A stretch of 63,778 nucleotides of DNA, the filler included, from Chrysochromulina tobinii (lineage: Eukaryota), in assembly GCA_001275005.1 (NCBI GenBank). It is 8 parts of 8 records of this genome, joined end to end, with 100 filler letters (N's around TTAATTAATTAA, not from the genome) between each part and the next. Parts side by side here need not be neighbours in the genome. Positions count along the whole stretch, not along the records: positions 24,339 to 33,610 come from JWZX01001207.1; 7 more parts are not named here. One strand, 5' to 3'. Made by a program: the position numbers and the translations under genes. Below the pieces are notes generated by a model. It did not search any database and had not been told where the DNA came from. It was given only the letters and a program-made list of their open reading frames with translations. Shown one piece after another: positions 24,239 through 33,710 of the stretch; position 1 is the stretch's first letter, and each line of letters begins with the position of its first letter.

Positions 24239-24338
24239 NNNNNNNNNNNNNNNNNNNNNNNNNNNNNNNNNNNNNNNNNNNNTTAATTAATTAANNNNNN
24301 NNNNNNNNNNNNNNNNNNNNNNNNNNNNNNNNNNNNNN
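24239..24338. other. Artificial contig spacer
   Basis: N44-TTAATTAATTAA-N44. Confidence 0.98.
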
Positions 24339-24476
24339 TCGTTTTGAGCGTGTAGCGCCGTTTTGAGCGCGCGCGCGCGCGCGCAGCGCATCAGTATGAG
24401 CGCATCTGTGCGGTTGGCGCGATCGCATGGAGTTAGGATGGGGAGCATGATTGTGATGGGGTGTTTGAATCGTGTT

Positions 24477-24657
24477 CTGCGAGCCAATCCATCTCAAATT
24501 ATCACAATCCATCTCAATCCATCTCAATCCATCTCGCAATCCATCATCTCGCAATCCATCATCTCGCAATCCATCGCGCAATCCATCGCACAATCCATCG
24601 CACAATCCATCGCAATCCATCGCAATCCATCGCAATCCATCGTAGTGGCGGGCTCAC
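24477..24657 (-). repeat. CAATCCATC(G) tandem array, probably filling a minus-strand intron
   Basis: 10-15 nt units at 24484-24642; minus-strand GTGAGC donor at 24657 and ...CTCGCAG acceptor near 24477. Host exons not identified. Confidence 0.55.
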
Positions 24658-26062
24658 CGTTTGAACGCGCAGCAGCCACGGTTCGAACGCGCAGGATCGA
24701 GAGGGGTTGTGTAGATGCGCTGCGATGCAGACCGCGAGGATGGAGAAGTGGTACGTTGACGGCATCCGAGAAGCTGCGAAGGAGACAGGGGCTGCGCAGA
24801 GGGGAGCAGAGTGTGAGTGAGAGTGCGGGCTGCTGGGCTCCTGATAGCATCGCGCTTGGGGCGTACGTGGGACACGGTCGCAGGTAGTCTGGAGTTGCGA
24901 GCATGGCAAAGCGTCTATAGTGTAACAGATCAAAGTCTCATAGAATCCACCACACGAGCACCACTGTCCCATTGGCGCGCTCCAGTTCCATACCAGTTCC
25001 ACGATCCACTTGGCACCGTGTCCACATCCATGTTCCATTCCCATGTGCAGCAGACCTGAGAGGCACAGGCGCAGGGGGGCGAACACGCGAGGATCACAGC
25101 GGTGGCCACGCGCCATGCCTCGCGCGCTCTGCCGCGCACACTCTCCGCAGTTCTCGCGCATCAGCGTGTGGTTGGGGTCGTGCATTCCAATGTGCAGACC
25201 TGAGAGGCACCGGGGTAGCACAGGGGCAGTGGCCACAACGCGAGGGTCAGCGGTGTGTGGCCGCGCGCGCCATCCCTCGCGCTACGCGCGGCGCGCACTC
25301 CGCAATTCTCGCGCAGAGGCGTCGGCTTGTGGTGTCCAAGGGACTTGCACGACACCTGCATTGGCAAACGCAACGTGTGGTGAGAGGAGCGCGCGCCATC
25401 AGAGGTGTGCAACAGAGGGACGGCTCGAAGGTGCAGTTCCTCCGAGCCATGGCGCGTGGCGCGGCGTGAGTGGCGATGCGCCGCCGATGCCCCGCACCTC
25501 ACGTGGTGTGCTGCAGCGCCCCCCCGCATCGGTTGTTCTGCGCCCCCCCGCATGGCCAGCACGCTTGAAGTGCTCGTAGTCGCTCGTTCAAGTCAAAACG
25601 ATGCGATTCTGTGGGGAGACTTATCATCTGATATCAGCTGATGATTTAGTTGGTAATCACGGAGCGCGGCGAACACGATTGTGGTCTAACCACATGTCTT
25701 TTTTTCCAATTACGTACTTCTCACTGATGTACCCACTGTTGCCCCCCACTGACCCGCACCCCGCGCTCGTTTTTGTGCCAAAATAGGAGGTTTCGGCGCG
25801 TCTCGGCTTTTGCCAGGAGGAAGGTCGAACCGCCGCTTGGCCAGTGGTGTGCCATGGCCACCGAGGACTCGTGCTAGTGCGCGGTTCGGACCTCATGCAG
25901 CTGAGTGCGAGTGCGGTTCGGTGCGCGCCTCACCCTCCTCCTGTCTGTGCGCTAGCTCATACTTTTGAGCAAGATGTATGTTTGGGCATCAGCGCACAGA
26001 GGTCCATTCGGTCCATGCATGATGCGTGCAAAGGCCGTCTTCTGGTTCAAGCCTCTTCTTCC

Positions 26063-26265
26063 TCGTCTTGCTGCGACAAGGCTCCACCCACTCCCGATGG
26101 GGACTCTTCCTCTAGTCATAGTCGTGCTGCTGTTTTGGCTCCACGCACTCTCTCCCGAAGGGGAATACTTACTAGACGTGCTGCCGTTGTATGGCTCCAC
26201 GCACTCCCGAAGGGGATCAGAAGGGAACTTCTGACTAGTCGTGCTGCCGCCATGGCTCCACGCAC
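26063..26265. repeat. Four degenerate ~57-nt repeats with two conserved boxes separated by variable segments
   Basis: TAGTCGTGCTGC-N5-8-GGCTCCACGCAC(TCCCGAAGGGGA); GGCTCCAC at 26080, 26137, 26193, 26254. Confidence 0.8.
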
Positions 26266-26743
26266 AACCACGGCGGCTGGTAACCGCCTTACCAACTACA
26301 AATTCTGCAAATGCACTATAGCTACCGATGGCTTTGCATCGGCCCCTTAGCTACCGAAAGCTCCAAAGCGGCGCCCAAGGGTGCGAAAACCCGAATCTAT
26401 CGAAACTCAACCACCAAGAATCCGATTCGAGTGTATAGTTCGCGCGCAAAACATGCGTTTTCAGAGCGGACTGCAGGCGCGCCCGGGCAGAAGGCGGATG
26501 ATCGGATGTCAAGGCACCAGCGACAGCACGATGTTGGCGGACGCAAAGGGCGCCGACACAATCTGGTCTCTGGACTCCGCGCGCTACCTCACTGCCAAGG
26601 TCAAAGCACCATGCTTGGGAGACAGCCACACAATCTTCCCTCTCCTCCGCACTCCTTTGCCACACTGCCTCTCGACTCCCCGAAGGCCTCTCTCCGCTCT
26701 CGTGGTCTGCACTCTCTCACCGCTTCCTTACTCTACAATACAA

Positions 26744-27898
26744 CTACAATACCTTCGCAGGAGACTCCACAAAGATGTCATACAACCTTGCATACAGCAA
26801 CTTCCCTTTTGCAATCGTGGGGGCTCTACCATCATTCTGGGATTCTACACTCACGCCACATGCTAAAGCAGCGATCGCACGAGCAAATGACTCCGAGGGC
26901 ACATGCCAACACGTGAAGCTATAGGCAACTCCTTGTACGTTTCTAAAGGGTATGACGGCGTTGCATGACATTCCAGTCGTATGCACCTCATGGTACCAAC
27001 CTGGCGGTAGCCAGAGCAGTTGGCCAGGTAGTTGCTCGATGCGCTCGTCCTCCTTGGAATCCTTGCCAGGGTGCTTGAATCCAGGCTTCCAGAATCTCCA
27101 AGTCTTGGTGCCGCCGAGTAGAATATTGAGGACGCCCATGCAGTGACCATGGGCTGCAGTCACGTTCCCAATCGTGTACATCCCAATTGCAGCTCCTTGG
27201 TTGATGCCCAGCACGTCTGCTGCAGCCGCGCAGCGCGTACTTTCATCGTCCGAGATTTTGAGCAATGTCTTGAGCATGGTACTAATCTGCTGCACCAAAG
27301 CGTCGTTCTTTGTATTCGTCGTAATATCAATGTGCTTGGTGGTTTTGGCGTCCAACTTTAGCGGTGCCCTGTCCCTGTCCTTGAGGTTGACCGCTTCCTC
27401 GAGCAGCTGGCTTAAAGGCAGCGTGGTGTGGATACTGGCGAGGAGCCCGGTGAGATCGATTCCAACGATGATCGGCCAATTGCCAAGCAACGGCGCGGGT
27501 GCAGGCTGGGGCGCAGGCGCAGTGGTAGGCGCAGGCCCTGGAGCAAGGGCACATGCACTGCGGAGCTTCTCCAACTCGGAAACTGCACGTTTCGCCAGCT
27601 CCAACAGGTCTTCTGGTCCATGCGAGGGCCCGAAGCCAAAAGGGGCACCAACGCCTTGAAGAGGGTCTGCACATCCTGATTGCCTTGAAGATGCATTAAG
27701 AGCGCTCGAGAGGGTCTGGGTCGCTTGGGATACGCTCATTCGCAGGGTGCGCAACTCAAGCTGAGATTCTTCCTCCTTCTTCTTCTTCTTGTTGTGATAC
27801 TTCTTCTGACTCTCGGCGTGCGCTCTCTTCATCCTGCTCTCCGCGTCATCTTCGACTGTCAACCTTACGCGCGCAGCAGAAGTGCCTTCGGTTGCCAT
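26744..27898 (-). CDS. JmjC/cupin-fold 2-oxoglutarate/Fe(II) oxygenase-like protein with N-terminal basic coiled-coil segment; putative transposon cargo
   Basis: TAAHGHCMGVLNILLGGTKTWRFWKP ... EQLPGQLLWLPPGWYHEVH matches the JmjC core (HxH...H, conserved K, QxPG, PxGWxH); N-terminal RAHAESQKKYHNKKKKKEEE. Confidence 0.8.
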   Translation of the reverse strand: MATEGTSAARVRLTVEDDAESRMKRAHAESQKKYHNKKKKKEEESQLELRTLRMSVSQATQTLSSALNASSRQSGCADPLQGVGAPFGFGPSHGPEDLLELAKRAVSELEKLRSACALAPGPAPTTAPAPQPAPAPLLGNWPIIVGIDLTGLLASIHTTLPLSQLLEEAVNLKDRDRAPLKLDAKTTKHIDITTNTKNDALVQQISTMLKTLLKISDDESTRCAAAADVLGINQGAAIGMYTIGNVTAAHGHCMGVLNILLGGTKTWRFWKPGFKHPGKDSKEDERIEQLPGQLLWLPPGWYHEVHTTGMSCNAVIPFRNVQGVAYSFTCWHVPSESFARAIAALACGVSVESQNDGRAPTIAKGKLLYARLYDIFVESPAKVL

Positions 27899-28126
27899 GG
27901 GTGCGCGCACGGCACTTATGCATTCTAAACGGACACACTGTTGCTGTTCAACACAACGCGTGTTTGGGTCTTGAGCGATCAGCGCTGTATCGTGTGTGCT
28001 AACCCCACGGCATCCCTTGTTTGCGACTAACCGCAGACGTCTGTTTCCATTTGTACACGACGCAGACCGTGGTAGTTCATTGTCACAAGTAAGGGTTAGG
28101 GTTATAGTGTTCTAGTGTCTACACTT

Positions 28127-30934
28127 CTACACATGCCCAGAATGCTTGGGGACAATTTGGACCTTGGGTACCATGGTCTTTGCAGCTGTGGTCAGGTGCA
28201 CAGGAATCAGCTCAACAGCAGGGTGGTATAGATGAAGAGGCAGCAACAACACCCTAATCTCCTGCTGGCTCATTATCCTGTTCACGAGCTCCTTCACGTT
28301 CCCTGTCACTGTCCAGCAGCCATATATTTCCTCGGACACGGCCTCCGGGTGCAGACGAAGCACGAGGAGGTGATAAGTCCTTCCATACACGTCTTGCGTC
28401 TCGAGTACTCCTGATGGACAAAGGAGTTGCAGGTCTGAGCCCTGAGTGCCACGCATGACCAAGGCTTCGTTTCGTTGGTAGGAACCGCGTGGGGTTGAGA
28501 TGCCCGTCCAGTGTCGGATGTATGATTGAGCCAATGCAGGGTACAAGCCGTTGAGGAAGTCCAAACAGGCCTGAGGGACAACAACGCTGGCCTGTAAGCC
28601 CAGGACTGTTTGTTCCATCTGGATCCCTGTGCAAACTACGGTGGGCTTCCCGCGAAGCGTACTGTAGCGCCATGCTAGATGGCGCAGGGCGCCTTCCACG
28701 ATGGACTTGGACACATTCTTGAAATTTGAGCGCACAGCAATCGCCTTCAAAGGCTGATGCTTCCCTTCCATTCGGAAGCACCAAACTAACCTCATCGGCC
28801 CACAGAGGAGGATGTACTCCACCGTATGCAACACGAAGTGGTGCTTCGCCTTTGTCAACAGCAGAACAAACTGGGGAACGTCTCGGAATGCCTTCATGGC
28901 CTGTCCGACGGCCGACCTCAATCCCGGAAGATCATCCTTAAGGAAGCGAAACGCGCATACCTTCCCGAGGACCTCCACATGCATGACCCATGCACGAATG
29001 GCTGGGTCCATATCAGCAAAGCTTTTGCACAGCTCCGCACGCATCGAATCCATGGACATGAAGATGGAGATGCTATGTAAGACCCAATGAAGAGAATCAG
29101 CAGCATGAAAGGGTAGCTTCGTGTCACCATGAACCACCCATGTCTTGGCGACACAGACATGATCAGCGTTGCCCTTTTCTTTGCAATTGGCAGCGCACGC
29201 ATTCTCTGGATATGCAGTCATGGTGTGGTGGGCTGATTTGAAGGCCCCTGGGGAACGTGTGCCCAGGGCTGCATAATGAGTCTTTGTGGCCTCGTTCAGT
29301 TCTTCGAGTGTGAACCACTTTTGGGCGAGGCAATACGAGATTGTGCCCCCACCCTGGAAGGTGGACCACCCGAGTGCCCAGTCGTGCATCCCATCCCCAG
29401 GGAGAGTGCAATCCCAATAGTTGTCAAGGCCGGGGACACCCATGTAACCATGGGGGGTGGGCATCCCAGTGGTGAGATCAAACTGACCTTTGGATGAGAG
29501 GACTTGTAGCAGACGCTCAAGCAAAGGTCGGGCGCCGCGGATCGGCGCCAGGTACTGCACATCCTTTTTGAGCTCTTCAAACAGGGCAGGGGAACGGCAG
29601 GTGTGTGAACTCGGGAAGTCGGCCGTTATCTCGTTGCGTGGTGTGAGTCGGTTTATCCACTTGACCCAGATGGCATGGCCAGGTATGGTGTTCTTGAACT
29701 CGCCAGGCTCTGGTGCCCATTTGCAGTCCAAGCAGTGGCGGCAATAGGACCACACCCCAGGACCGAAGGAGCCACTGAAATTCCGAACCTCATTCAGCCC
29801 CTTGTTGTCTCCGAGGACGAATAGGAAAATGACTCTCACCCGTGTGAAAGAAGCGAGTCCCTTTACTGAGCGAAGGTCCACGTCCACCCCGTTGCTCAGG
29901 CGCCGAGCTTGAGCACCCAATGAGTAGTGCGCGTTCGTGGTATCTGTCGGATGGGAGATGACGAATGGAAACCCGACACCACCTTTCTCCTCGGACTTGG
30001 TAAGGTTCGTGTTCGAACAACTCACCAGTCTAATGTTTCGCTCCTGTTGCCGAACGTGCGGGCTCAGGTTGAGCCACATGACGTACTGCATGTTCTGCTG
30101 GTGCACCCCCGCGCTGGGGCCGTTGTCGTTGGTGACATCCACATCGTCCATGTATGGCAGCCCCACCATGAGTAGCTCATCTGGGGCCAGGGTGTCCACA
30201 ACTGGTAACACCCTGGAACGGAACAGTATCCCTGACTCTACATCCGTCAGCACATGAGCGGCATCCGCACGCATGGCACCGGTCGTCTCCGCAGCCATCA
30301 CACGCCACCTTGCCTGAGAATCCGCCACGTCCTGAGCAGCTCCCGTATCATTCTGTAGCATCTGCAGTAGATCGGCTACAAGGTCCACATCATAGCAGCA
30401 CTGGCCTGAGTCATCATCCATGCGCTCATGGGTTTGGGAAGGTGGCTCGTACCCAAGATTCTTGAGGCGGTGTGCGAGCGGGGAGCCAGGGTCGCGGCGT
30501 TTAGCAAGCACCGCGGTCGTCGAGAAGTGCTCACTGAGCATCGAGGACCACGTCTCCGGTGCGGTTGTGGCCCCACATGCCTTGGCGGTCGCCAACACCA
30601 GCGCAAGTGCGTACGGTTGAAGTAACTCGACAACGCGCTTTGTGGCCTCGATGCCCAGGTGCTCCGACGAGTCCAGCGCGGCGAGGAGGTGCGCTGCCGC
30701 GTCCACGCAACCGCTGAAAGCCCCAATTCCATCAGCCCCATGAGGCACATTTTCAGGAGCACTCGTGTGCCCAGTACTCGATGTACTCGAAGGGACCGCA
30801 TTTGGCAGTGTGCCAGAGAGGCTTCGCTTCGATGCACGTGGTGCGCCAGCGACGTGATTGTCGTAGTGGTCGAGACGCTTGTATATCTTCTGGCACGCGG
30901 GCTGGCCGCATTGGCCGAGGCACGAGAGCTGCAT
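28127..30934 (-). CDS. CMC/EnSpm (CACTA)-like or Plavaka-like DDE transposase with N-terminal C2H2-like zinc finger
   Basis: CGQPACQKIYKRLDHYDNH finger; YMDDVD, LGDNKGLN, YCRHC, DGMHD, KHHFVLH, GPMRLVWCFRMEGKH. These fit the D, D, C(2)C, MH, H(3-4)H, E signature of CMC transposases. Intact 935-aa ORF. Confidence 0.8.
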   Translation of the reverse strand: MQLSCLGQCGQPACQKIYKRLDHYDNHVAGAPRASKRSLSGTLPNAVPSSTSSTGHTSAPENVPHGADGIGAFSGCVDAAAHLLAALDSSEHLGIEATKRVVELLQPYALALVLATAKACGATTAPETWSSMLSEHFSTTAVLAKRRDPGSPLAHRLKNLGYEPPSQTHERMDDDSGQCCYDVDLVADLLQMLQNDTGAAQDVADSQARWRVMAAETTGAMRADAAHVLTDVESGILFRSRVLPVVDTLAPDELLMVGLPYMDDVDVTNDNGPSAGVHQQNMQYVMWLNLSPHVRQQERNIRLVSCSNTNLTKSEEKGGVGFPFVISHPTDTTNAHYSLGAQARRLSNGVDVDLRSVKGLASFTRVRVIFLFVLGDNKGLNEVRNFSGSFGPGVWSYCRHCLDCKWAPEPGEFKNTIPGHAIWVKWINRLTPRNEITADFPSSHTCRSPALFEELKKDVQYLAPIRGARPLLERLLQVLSSKGQFDLTTGMPTPHGYMGVPGLDNYWDCTLPGDGMHDWALGWSTFQGGGTISYCLAQKWFTLEELNEATKTHYAALGTRSPGAFKSAHHTMTAYPENACAANCKEKGNADHVCVAKTWVVHGDTKLPFHAADSLHWVLHSISIFMSMDSMRAELCKSFADMDPAIRAWVMHVEVLGKVCAFRFLKDDLPGLRSAVGQAMKAFRDVPQFVLLLTKAKHHFVLHTVEYILLCGPMRLVWCFRMEGKHQPLKAIAVRSNFKNVSKSIVEGALRHLAWRYSTLRGKPTVVCTGIQMEQTVLGLQASVVVPQACLDFLNGLYPALAQSYIRHWTGISTPRGSYQRNEALVMRGTQGSDLQLLCPSGVLETQDVYGRTYHLLVLRLHPEAVSEEIYGCWTVTGNVKELVNRIMSQQEIRVLLLPLHLYHPAVELIPVHLTTAAKTMVPKVQIVPKHSGHV

Positions 30935-31134
30935 GTGAAGGGACGGAAGTAGCGGTCGAGTTTTACATGTAGCCCCCGTGCTCTGGAACGGTCAACTTTT
31001 ATAGCACTCCCCTTCCGCTCTGTTGTGTGTATGTCTTCTGTGCGTTGGCGCCACGCCGAGCCGCGTGCCTTCGAGACGGGTGACTTCTGTGTCTTTTGGC
31101 GCCACGCCGCGCCGCGTTCCTTTTCGGCGGATTC

Positions 31135-33225
31135 ATGTCGACGATGAGTCCAGGCGCAGGACTCCCGGGGGTGGACCTGTACGAGAACATGAGAGAACTA
31201 GTCCTTGCCCTGTTGAAGACCCCGACGTACTCCGCCGCCGCGATAACGTTGAAGAACTCCATCCTCAAGACCACCCTCGAGAAGATTGCAGCTGTCCAAG
31301 ACGTCGAATGGCTCGACTGCCACGAGTACAAGGAGATGACACCACTAACTTTAGAGACCTTTTATATCAAGGTTTTCACGGAGCTCGTCGACGTGGACCA
31401 GGCCCAGTTCGCCGCGGCGCGCCGCAAGATCGACACCTTTTGCTTTGGTGTATCTACCCATCCCTCCCAAGGTCGGCGCTCATCCCCACGACGGGCCCAT
31501 CTAAGCGGCATGCCGTCGCAAAAACGGCAACACGAAAATGACGAGGACATCGCGAGCGCAAGTGTCGCGTCTTTTCAACAGCAAAGCAGCCAGGGCACGT
31601 CCGAGACAGGGATGGACTCAGTCATAGGTGCTCACGTGCCACTTTCCAAGTGCAAGAAGCACGATGGGACGAGGACGGTAGTCCACCCTCAGGAACTGCT
31701 CCGCAATCCGGACGTAGACAAGATCACGGAGCTACCCGAAAAGGTCCTACGCGCAATAGATAAGCTGAAGAACGTCACCGCCCCATTCACGTACAAGAAC
31801 GACAAATGGGTCGCCTTGATCGACGAGGTCTTCATCTGGATGCTCTTCGTGCAAGGCAGTCTGTCTTTTCGCTCGACGCTGCGCAACAAGATCTTTGACC
31901 TTGTCATGGCCGCACTCTTACGGCAAGAGAACCCTGTCCTCAAGGGCAGGATCACGCAGGAGCCGAATGCCCTTACGTGTCAGAAGTTCGGGGAGCAGCT
32001 GAGCTATCGCACTCACCCTCCATCCTCACGAAGGACGGGTGCGACGATGCAGAGATACGGCGCGGTGCGCAAGTCACCCTACACAGAACCGCTGATCGAG
32101 CATAACATCCTCTTATGGGATGGGAATCCTCCTCTTGACCTTGAAGAGAGCTCACTCAAAGAGGGACAGCCAGGGTATGCGCAGCTCTCCATCATTGTAC
32201 CACGTGCAGCAATCAATGCTCACCCTACAACTGCTCTCGACTTTAACGCTCCTGCCTCAGTAGCATCCTCGTCTGCTCCAGGGAAGGCCTCTGGATTCCC
32301 AGCACAAGATGTATCGATGCCGATGGCGTTCGGGATTCCCTTCTCATCGGGACCTGGAGGCCAGCTTATCCCGTACCCCGCTCCCAACTGGATCCCAGCT
32401 ACGCTCGAACAACAAAGAGCAATGGCCACGGCGAACCCAGCCACTCTGGGCATTCCTTCATGGGCACAAAATCCGATAGCACAAGGGTCCGTGGAAATGG
32501 CTGCTGTGGGGCCTGGATCCGTTGCCTCTACCAACTCAAAAGCGCCAGCGCCAAAAGCAGCCAAGTTGCCCCGTGCCCCGCCCTCTGTTCCGCCTGCTGT
32601 GGCTACGTCACACGAACCAGAACAACTGATATGCATTCGTGCACCAAGGGACCTAAGTGCGGCTGTGAAGCAGACCTTGCTGAATATCCTGCTCGGGAAG
32701 ACTCCCAAGAACCTGCACGTGGTGGACAACGCGGAGGAGGTGCAGCAGGCGGACCTGTACGACCTACGTGGACCCTACCTGGTTGCGAGTGTATTCAAGT
32801 CCCAAAATAAATTCCAATACTGGGTGGGCAAGCCCGTGGCGAAACATCGCGGCAAGCTCATCTGCTGGTACCCAGGAACAGGATCACGTTCCTTCGAAAC
32901 TGCGGGCATATTCGATCAGGCCGACGATGTCGCCATTGCACCCACGTTCATCATGATGATCAAGAGGGAGGACGAGTCCACGGCCATTCCATGCCACGGT
33001 GAGGCGGCCGAAGCCGCTGCCCAAGAATACTCCGCAGAGGGGTGTGCGAACCCACAGAACAGCCAAGCCCTTGCGAAAGACATCCTCGCATGGCTGAAGG
33101 CTATGTTCAACACAAAGACCGGCGAGGAGATGTCCAACAAGAAATTGCTTGAGAAGATGACCAAGATCAACATCAACGACACAGAGTCTACTGAGCTACT
33201 CACGCAATTGACGACCCCGACCTAA
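31135..33225 (+). CDS. Uncharacterised partner ORF divergent from the transposase; possible Tudor/SH3-like C-terminal domain
   Basis: Intronless ~697 aa, same reduced GC as the transposase, 200 bp divergent spacing. LVASVF..QYWVGKPV..GKLICWYPG loosely resembles a Tudor-like barrel. Confidence 0.7.
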   Translation: MSTMSPGAGLPGVDLYENMRELVLALLKTPTYSAAAITLKNSILKTTLEKIAAVQDVEWLDCHEYKEMTPLTLETFYIKVFTELVDVDQAQFAAARRKIDTFCFGVSTHPSQGRRSSPRRAHLSGMPSQKRQHENDEDIASASVASFQQQSSQGTSETGMDSVIGAHVPLSKCKKHDGTRTVVHPQELLRNPDVDKITELPEKVLRAIDKLKNVTAPFTYKNDKWVALIDEVFIWMLFVQGSLSFRSTLRNKIFDLVMAALLRQENPVLKGRITQEPNALTCQKFGEQLSYRTHPPSSRRTGATMQRYGAVRKSPYTEPLIEHNILLWDGNPPLDLEESSLKEGQPGYAQLSIIVPRAAINAHPTTALDFNAPASVASSSAPGKASGFPAQDVSMPMAFGIPFSSGPGGQLIPYPAPNWIPATLEQQRAMATANPATLGIPSWAQNPIAQGSVEMAAVGPGSVASTNSKAPAPKAAKLPRAPPSVPPAVATSHEPEQLICIRAPRDLSAAVKQTLLNILLGKTPKNLHVVDNAEEVQQADLYDLRGPYLVASVFKSQNKFQYWVGKPVAKHRGKLICWYPGTGSRSFETAGIFDQADDVAIAPTFIMMIKREDESTAIPCHGEAAEAAAQEYSAEGCANPQNSQALAKDILAWLKAMFNTKTGEEMSNKKLLEKMTKININDTESTELLTQLTTPT

Positions 33226-33610
33226 GGGATACTCTTTTGCACGTTGTAGCTCATGTCCCGTCCCCTAGCGAGTGCCAGCTGCGTGCTCATCATGCCGGCG
33301 GCCGTGGACCGCGCTGGACGCGCGCACATCGCGATGTACCCGCAGGTAAGCGGATGTGTTGTGTCGAGCACAGCGAGAGAGGGAGTGGTGCGGTCCACGG
33401 GGCGCGTGGTTCATGCGTAAGGGTGTAGGATCCAGCGTAAGGAGCCGGCATGACACAGTGAGTGTCACTGAAGCACATCTATCAGTCTAACGCGCTGCGT
33501 CGAATATACCAATCTAAAAAAGCGCCGTGGTGGTAGTTAGGCTGTTTCTCCTCGCGCGCCGCGACGCACCGCTTCCTTGAGGTGAGCGCGCGAGGCGACG
33601 CATCAGGGCG

Positions 33611-33710
33611 NNNNNNNNNNNNNNNNNNNNNNNNNNNNNNNNNNNNNNNNNNNNTTAATTAATTAANNNNNNNNNNNNNNNNNNNNNNNNNNNNNNNNNN
33701 NNNNNNNNNN
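33611..33710. other. Artificial contig spacer
   Basis: N44-TTAATTAATTAA-N44. Confidence 0.98.

Larger units (their letters stand above)
26744..33225. mobile_element. Core of a large CMC/EnSpm-like DNA transposon: JmjC gene, transposase, partner ORF; termini not located
   Basis: Three tightly packed intronless ORFs, visibly lower GC than host genes (52% in one sampled transposase line versus ~70% or more in kinesin lines), transposase motifs. Confidence 0.65.

Noticed and set aside
26063..26265. Repeat array as a canonical CRISPR array or hammerhead ribozymes
   Set aside because: Variable segments are too short and repeats too degenerate for CRISPR; no CUGAUGA/GAAA hammerhead core seen. Kept only as an unexplained structured array.
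28092..28104. AGGGTTAGGGTTA telomere-like motif between transposase and JmjC genes
   Set aside because: Only two units; too short to claim a telomeric or telo-box role.
24930..33610. CAC(T)-type terminal inverted repeats for the CMC-like element
   Set aside because: Only short partial matches found by eye (e.g. CACTGT at 24962 versus ACAGTG near 33455); the right end may lie beyond the contig break.
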